The position numbers and the translations under genes were made by a program. Of a stretch of DNA of 13,300 bases, positions 9,154 through 13,300 are shown in pieces; position 1 is the stretch's first letter; the number at the start of each line of letters is the position of its first letter. The notes beneath the pieces were generated by a model, which was not told the origin of the DNA, ran no database searches, and worked only from the letters and a program-made list of their open reading frames with translations. The stretch lies in the NCBI RefSeq assembly GCF_006345805.1, contig NW_021826325.1, positions 1 through 13,300 of the forward strand. The letters run 5' to 3'. Source of the stretch: Octopus sinensis. Lineage: Eukaryota.

Positions 9154-9205
9154 AGACACAGACACACACACACACACACAGACACACACACACACACACA
9201 CACAC
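9090..9205. repeat. (CA)n/(CACAGA)n microsatellite
   Basis: Directly visible. Confidence 0.95.
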
Positions 9206-9344
9206 GTGCAAGTGTACATATACAAGTGTTCAACTTCAATCTTCCTTACCTTTTGGTTTCGAAGCCTTTTCGGATGATTGATTTTTCTTAGTCAGGGGCG
9301 GTCATCTTGGTATTTAAATTTACTTAATTAGATATAATACAGGT

Positions 9345-9683
9345 AAAAGTAAAGAACCCTTTCGGTCTTGGCTGACCATGGGATTGAACCTAGAATGTTC
9401 CCCTCCGACTCACAAGTCCAGACAAGGTTGTTTCTGGAAGACTAGCAGTTACCCATGCATTGCAGCTTCCTCTCTCCCCAACGTCACTGATGTTATCCAA
9501 AGGAAGGGCAAAGGCCGATACAACTCGATACCAGTGACGTCGCAACTCATTTTTCAGATGAATGAATTGGAACAACGGGAAATAAAGTGTCTTGCTCAAG
9601 AACACAACACACAGCGTGGTCCCGGAATCGAATTACCTACATCATGATCGTGAGCAAGACGCTCTAACCACTGAGCCAGGCAC
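9345..9683 (-). mobile_element. tRNA-derived SINE family 3 with CORE-like domain, apparently near full length
   Basis: Minus strand has A box TGGCTCAGTGG (9678-9668) and B-box-like ATTCGATTCC (9633-9624), then tgtgttcttgagcaagacactttatttc (CORE-like) and a unique 3' tail ending in a ctttac-type repeat. The 3' boundary is approximate. Confidence 0.85.
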
Positions 9684-9824
9684 ATTTTTCTTTTACTACA
9701 GGCACGTTCATTATTGTTAATTATTGCGGGTTATAAGAGGGTCCTGACAGAATCCGAAAAATCAGTGTTTTACGAGTATAAACATGCATGTACGTGTGTT
9801 TCGTTGGGGTTGGTGCATCCGTAA

Positions 9825-9979
9825 TTTGTCAGTTGGTGTTCGTTTGTTTACGTTCCCGTAACTTAGCGGGTAGAATAAGTACCATACTTAAAATACGTAC
9901 TGAGGTCGATCTGATCGAATAATGATTCGAGGTGGTGCCTCAGCATGGTCGCACTCCTACGAGTGAAAGAAGTAAAAGT
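9825..9979 (+). mobile_element. Degenerate 3' half of SINE family 2
   Basis: tttacgttcccgtaacttagcgg...tagaataagtac...ggtcgat...ggtgcctcagcatggtcgca...agtaaaag aligns with 11220-11367. Confidence 0.75.
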
Positions 9980-10011
9980 GCAGTATCGTTAGAAGTGAGT
10001 ATGACTTTTAA

Positions 10012-10232
10012 CCCTTTTGTTACCAACCTAGCTGAAAGCGGCTCTGGCTCTGTAGTACAAATGTTTTGCTTTCATAAGTTTTAAATTAAAATCTTCCACC
10101 AAACCTTAGTCACCATTTTTGTTCCTAACACTAACTTAATGATAACTAAGTTATTTTACTAAATTCTTCGTTATGTTTAAAATATCAGAAAGAAACACAG
10201 AGTATCCCAAAATAAATACGGTAACGAAAGAG
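10012..10232. mobile_element. piggyBac-type MITE (non-autonomous DNA transposon)
   Basis: TTAA at 10008-10011 and 10233-10236. Terminal inverted repeats cccttttgttacc (10012-10024) / ggtaacgaaagag (10220-10232), 11/13 match. TTAA TSD with CCC...GGG ends is the piggyBac signature. Confidence 0.8.
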
Positions 10233-10689
10233 TTAAGATGCTTGTTATCTTTTAATTCTATTACTTTGCTACCTACGGTGGAATCAACCCTCAGATGTAG
10301 GGTCGAAGTGTAACTTCTCGCTTTAGGACATGTGCAAAGCGAAGTGAACAAGCATTTGTCTAAATAGATAACAAAAAATAATGCAGTCATCTCAGCGAGC
10401 GAGGCAGGCTACCCTGAACTGACGCTGAGCAATACAGTCAGAAACATATGTCTTCAGGTACCTTGTCCCAGGTTGCGGGGGTGATTGCCTCCCCTTTGCA
10501 AATATAAGGACACAGAAAATGTGTCAAAGCCGACTGGAGACGTCGATGTTTCCTAGGGCTAAATGGCGGTGGTGTAATTCCCTTACGATACTGTCACATT
10601 GAGTTGACAGTATACGACCACTATATCGCTTCACCACCGCTTATGTCTCTCTGAGACATTTAGAAAGTCAATATTTCTAATGACGTCCG

Positions 10690-11145
10690 TATTTATTATT
10701 AATTCGTGCAGAAAGATTAGAACGTGAACATTCTAGTCGCTACAGTATATTGTTGTTGGGGAAGCACTCTGTTCAGACAACGAACGTTCACAACACACAA
10801 GGTTCCTTGAAGTAAGGAAATTTTGAGGCATGCAAGGTTTCGACCATTTTGTGTGTCTTTTCAGTCAAAGGTAGACCAGACCAATGAGTCAAACTATTAT
10901 TTGTTCATAGATACGGATGTATAACTAAATCGATAATAAAAAAAAATGTCACGTGTTCGTAGAACAGCGAGAAATGTAAACAAAGCTGTACATATTCATT
11001 ATTGATGTGTTCCTGCAGATTCGAATGCGATTATCCTAATCGATATTTTGTTTACGGAGAACAACTTCTTTCAGACAATATGTATTGACAACACACACAA
11101 CACATTGAAGTAAAAGATTGATAGAGACACTACAGTGTCTCAAAT
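10690..11145. repeat. Ancient degenerate direct repeat, two ~150-bp copies ~300 bp apart
   Basis: Co-linear blocks tgcag..att(a/c)gaa..., ttcagacaa, acaacacaca, ttgaagtaa occur at ~10707-10815 and ~11014-11113. Confidence 0.55.
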
Positions 11146-11164
11146 GCTTAGTAATATTAACATA

Positions 11165-11380
11165 GTGTCTGTGTCTGTGTTTGTCCCCCTAGCATTGCTT
11201 GACAACCGATGCTGGTGTGTTTACGTCCCCGTCACTTAGCGGTTCGGCAAAAGAGACCGATAGAATAAGTACTGGGCTTACAAAAGAATAAGTCCCAGGG
11301 TCGAGTTGCCCGATTAAAGGCGGTGCTCCAGCATGGCCGCAGTCAAATGACTGAAACAAGTAAAAGAGAAAAGAGAAAGA
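11165..11380 (+). mobile_element. 3' half of SINE family 2 (5'-truncated)
   Basis: Near-identical to 12405-12615 (ttgacaaccgatgctggtgtgtttacgtccc...gactgaaacaagtaaaa). Ends in (AAAGAG)n. Confidence 0.9.
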
Positions 11381-11513
11381 GATAGTTTAAAGTGTCGCTC
11401 TACTACAATACAGCTTCAAATATATTCTTGTTTATTCTGTTAATTTTAGCATCAATTATTTCATTCTATTTTACACTTAACTGGCGCCGATTTACAATAT
11501 TGTACATCCGAAT

Positions 11514-11728
11514 AAGGCGGCGAGCTGGCAGAATCGTTAGGGCGCTGGGTAAAATACTTAGCAGCATTTCGTCCGTCTTTACGTTCTGAGTTCAATTTCC
11601 ATCGACGTCATCTTTTCTTTTCTTCCTTTCGGGTTCGATAAAATAAGTACCAGTCGAGTACTGGGGTGGATGTAATCGACTTAACACCCTCCCGAAATTT
11701 CCTGGCCTTGAGCCAAAACGTGAAACCG
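11514..11728 (+). mobile_element. tRNA-derived SINE family 1, full-length monomer with TSD
   Basis: aaggcggcgagctggcagaatcgttag head, gagttcaatttcc B box, core and tail. Flanked by atattgtacatccgaat (11497-11513) / atatcatacatccgaat (11729-11745). Confidence 0.92.
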
Positions 11729-12081
11729 ATATCATACATCCGAATTAATATAGATTCTTCATATATAATATCACAATTATCAGGAAAATGAGATATTAAT
11801 GAGAGGACATTAAATCAATGTTTCACTCCTTTGTTTAGTTAGAGAATGTCGAAGTGGGGACAAATCTATCATTCTAGCAATTTAAAATTTCCAGTTCTCT
11901 TGAATTATTGAAAAGTTTCCTTGATTTACGACTAAAATAATTTAGAGGAAAATTGTCAGCACGTCAGGACATTTTTTATGATCCTCTCCAAATTGGGATG
12001 ATTAATTAACAACTCATAAAATAGCCGTCTTCTTGTTTCAGTTTCAAGGTGCTTCTGAAAAGGAGGGGCGAGACATCCGCT

Positions 12082-12120
12082 AATATATATATATATGATA
12101 TCGTATGCATACACACACAC

Positions 12121-12200
<80 letters not shown>

Positions 12201-12212
12201 ATATATATATAT
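12082..12212. repeat. (TA)n microsatellite
   Basis: Directly visible. Confidence 0.97.
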
Positions 12213-12616
12213 GTGGCTGAGTAGTAATAGCTTGCTTACGAACCACATGGTTCCGGATTCAGTCCCACTGCGTGACACCCTGAGCAAGTGTCTTCTACTA
12301 TAGCCTTGGGCCGACCAAAGTCTTGTGTGTGGATTTAGTAGATGGAAACTATATATATATATATGTATGTATATATATATATATATATATATGAATGTGT
12401 GTGTATGTGTCTGTGTTTGTTCCCCCAACATGACTTGACAACCGATGCTGGTGTGTTTACGTCCCAGTAATTTAGTGGTTCGGCAAAAGGGTCCGATAGA
12501 ATAAGTACTTGGCTTACAAAGAATAAGTCTTGGGATCGATTTGCTCGACTAAAGACGGTGCTCTAGCATGGCCACAGTCAAAAGACTGAAACAAGTAAAA
12601 TTGTAAAGAGAAAGAG
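12213..12616 (+). mobile_element. Near full-length tRNA-derived SINE family 2 (head + CORE-like domain + internal TA/TG microsatellite + 3' tail)
   Basis: A-box-like gtggctgagtagtaa, B-box-like ggattcagtccc, caccctgagcaagtgtcttctact, internal (TA)/(TG) tract at 12350-12410, tail shared with 11165-11380. Confidence 0.88.
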
Positions 12617-12795
<179 letters not shown>

Positions 12796-12798
12796 ATA

Positions 12799-13015
12799 TC
12801 TTTTATCTTTTATGTGTTTCAATCATGATGGAGCACCGTCAAGAAGGAGAATTTTAGTTTACCTAATGGATCTCAGTGTCTATATTTATCTTTAAACCTG
12901 GTAATCATTCCATCAGCTTCTTTTGCCGAACTGCTATATTACGGGGACGTAAAGACAGCAGATCCGGTTTTAAAGTGGTGGTGGGGGACAAAGGCAGACA
13001 CATTGACACACACAT
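12799..13015 (-). mobile_element. Degenerate 3' half of SINE family 2, inverted orientation
   Basis: tcttttat..tgtttcaatcat..tggagcaccg and ttttgccgaactgctatattacggggacgtaaa...gggggacaaa..cagacaca are reverse complements of blocks in 11165-11380 and 12405-12615. Confidence 0.8.
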
Positions 13016-13046
13016 ATACCAAAATCCACTAGATGGGAAGAAATAT

Positions 13047-13110
13047 TATATATATATATATACATATATATACACACATATATATATATGCGTTTGTGTG
13101 TGTGTGTGTA
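13047..13110. repeat. (TA)n/(TG)n microsatellite
   Basis: Directly visible. Confidence 0.9.
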
Positions 13111-13300
13111 TGACATGCCTAATATTTAAAAAATGTGCAACTGAATTTTTTTTCATTTGGTTCGGATTTCAGGACAGACAATATTTCTATGTAAAACCAG
13201 CTATAACAAAACCGAACAAAACAAAACTATGGAGAAAGGGAAACCCACGTATATAAGAATAATATAATGGGAACGGTAAAATTCCTGTCGACAGATGGAT

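Noticed and set aside
9610-9683. Functional tRNA gene on the minus strand
   Set aside because: A and B boxes are present but the stems are broken and the sequence continues into a SINE body.
10566-10660. H/ACA snoRNA
   Set aside because: No H box or ACA lies at the expected ~14-15 nt from the internal loop on either strand.
11124-11141. Palindrome gagacact-ac-agtgtctc
   Set aside because: An isolated 8-bp inverted repeat with no supporting context; plausible by chance in 13 kb.

Overview
AT-rich eukaryotic non-coding DNA, saturated with microsatellites and short interspersed repeats. The repeat landscape looks like a coleoid cephalopod (Octopus-like) genome; this is inference. Almost all ORFs in the track are simple-repeat artefacts. 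The most notable structure is a fold-back element at ~2912-4412: two ~145-bp inverted arms (14 mismatches, ungapped) each carry a minimal type I hammerhead-ribozyme motif of the kind found in Penelope-like elements. The arms meet at a central hairpin with a tRNA B-box-like remnant and are flanked by a degenerate 17-18-bp target-site duplication (TSD). A 5'-truncated R4/Dong-like non-LTR retrotransposon (CCHC zinc knuckle plus restriction-like endonuclease) has inserted into the (AAT)n tract of the right arm. The window also holds at least three tRNA-derived SINE families (including a tandem cluster at 7841-8910), a TTAA-flanked piggyBac-type MITE, a hairpin-rich unique island, an old ~300-bp-period duplication and several weak candidate exons. 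No intact protein-coding gene can be supported.
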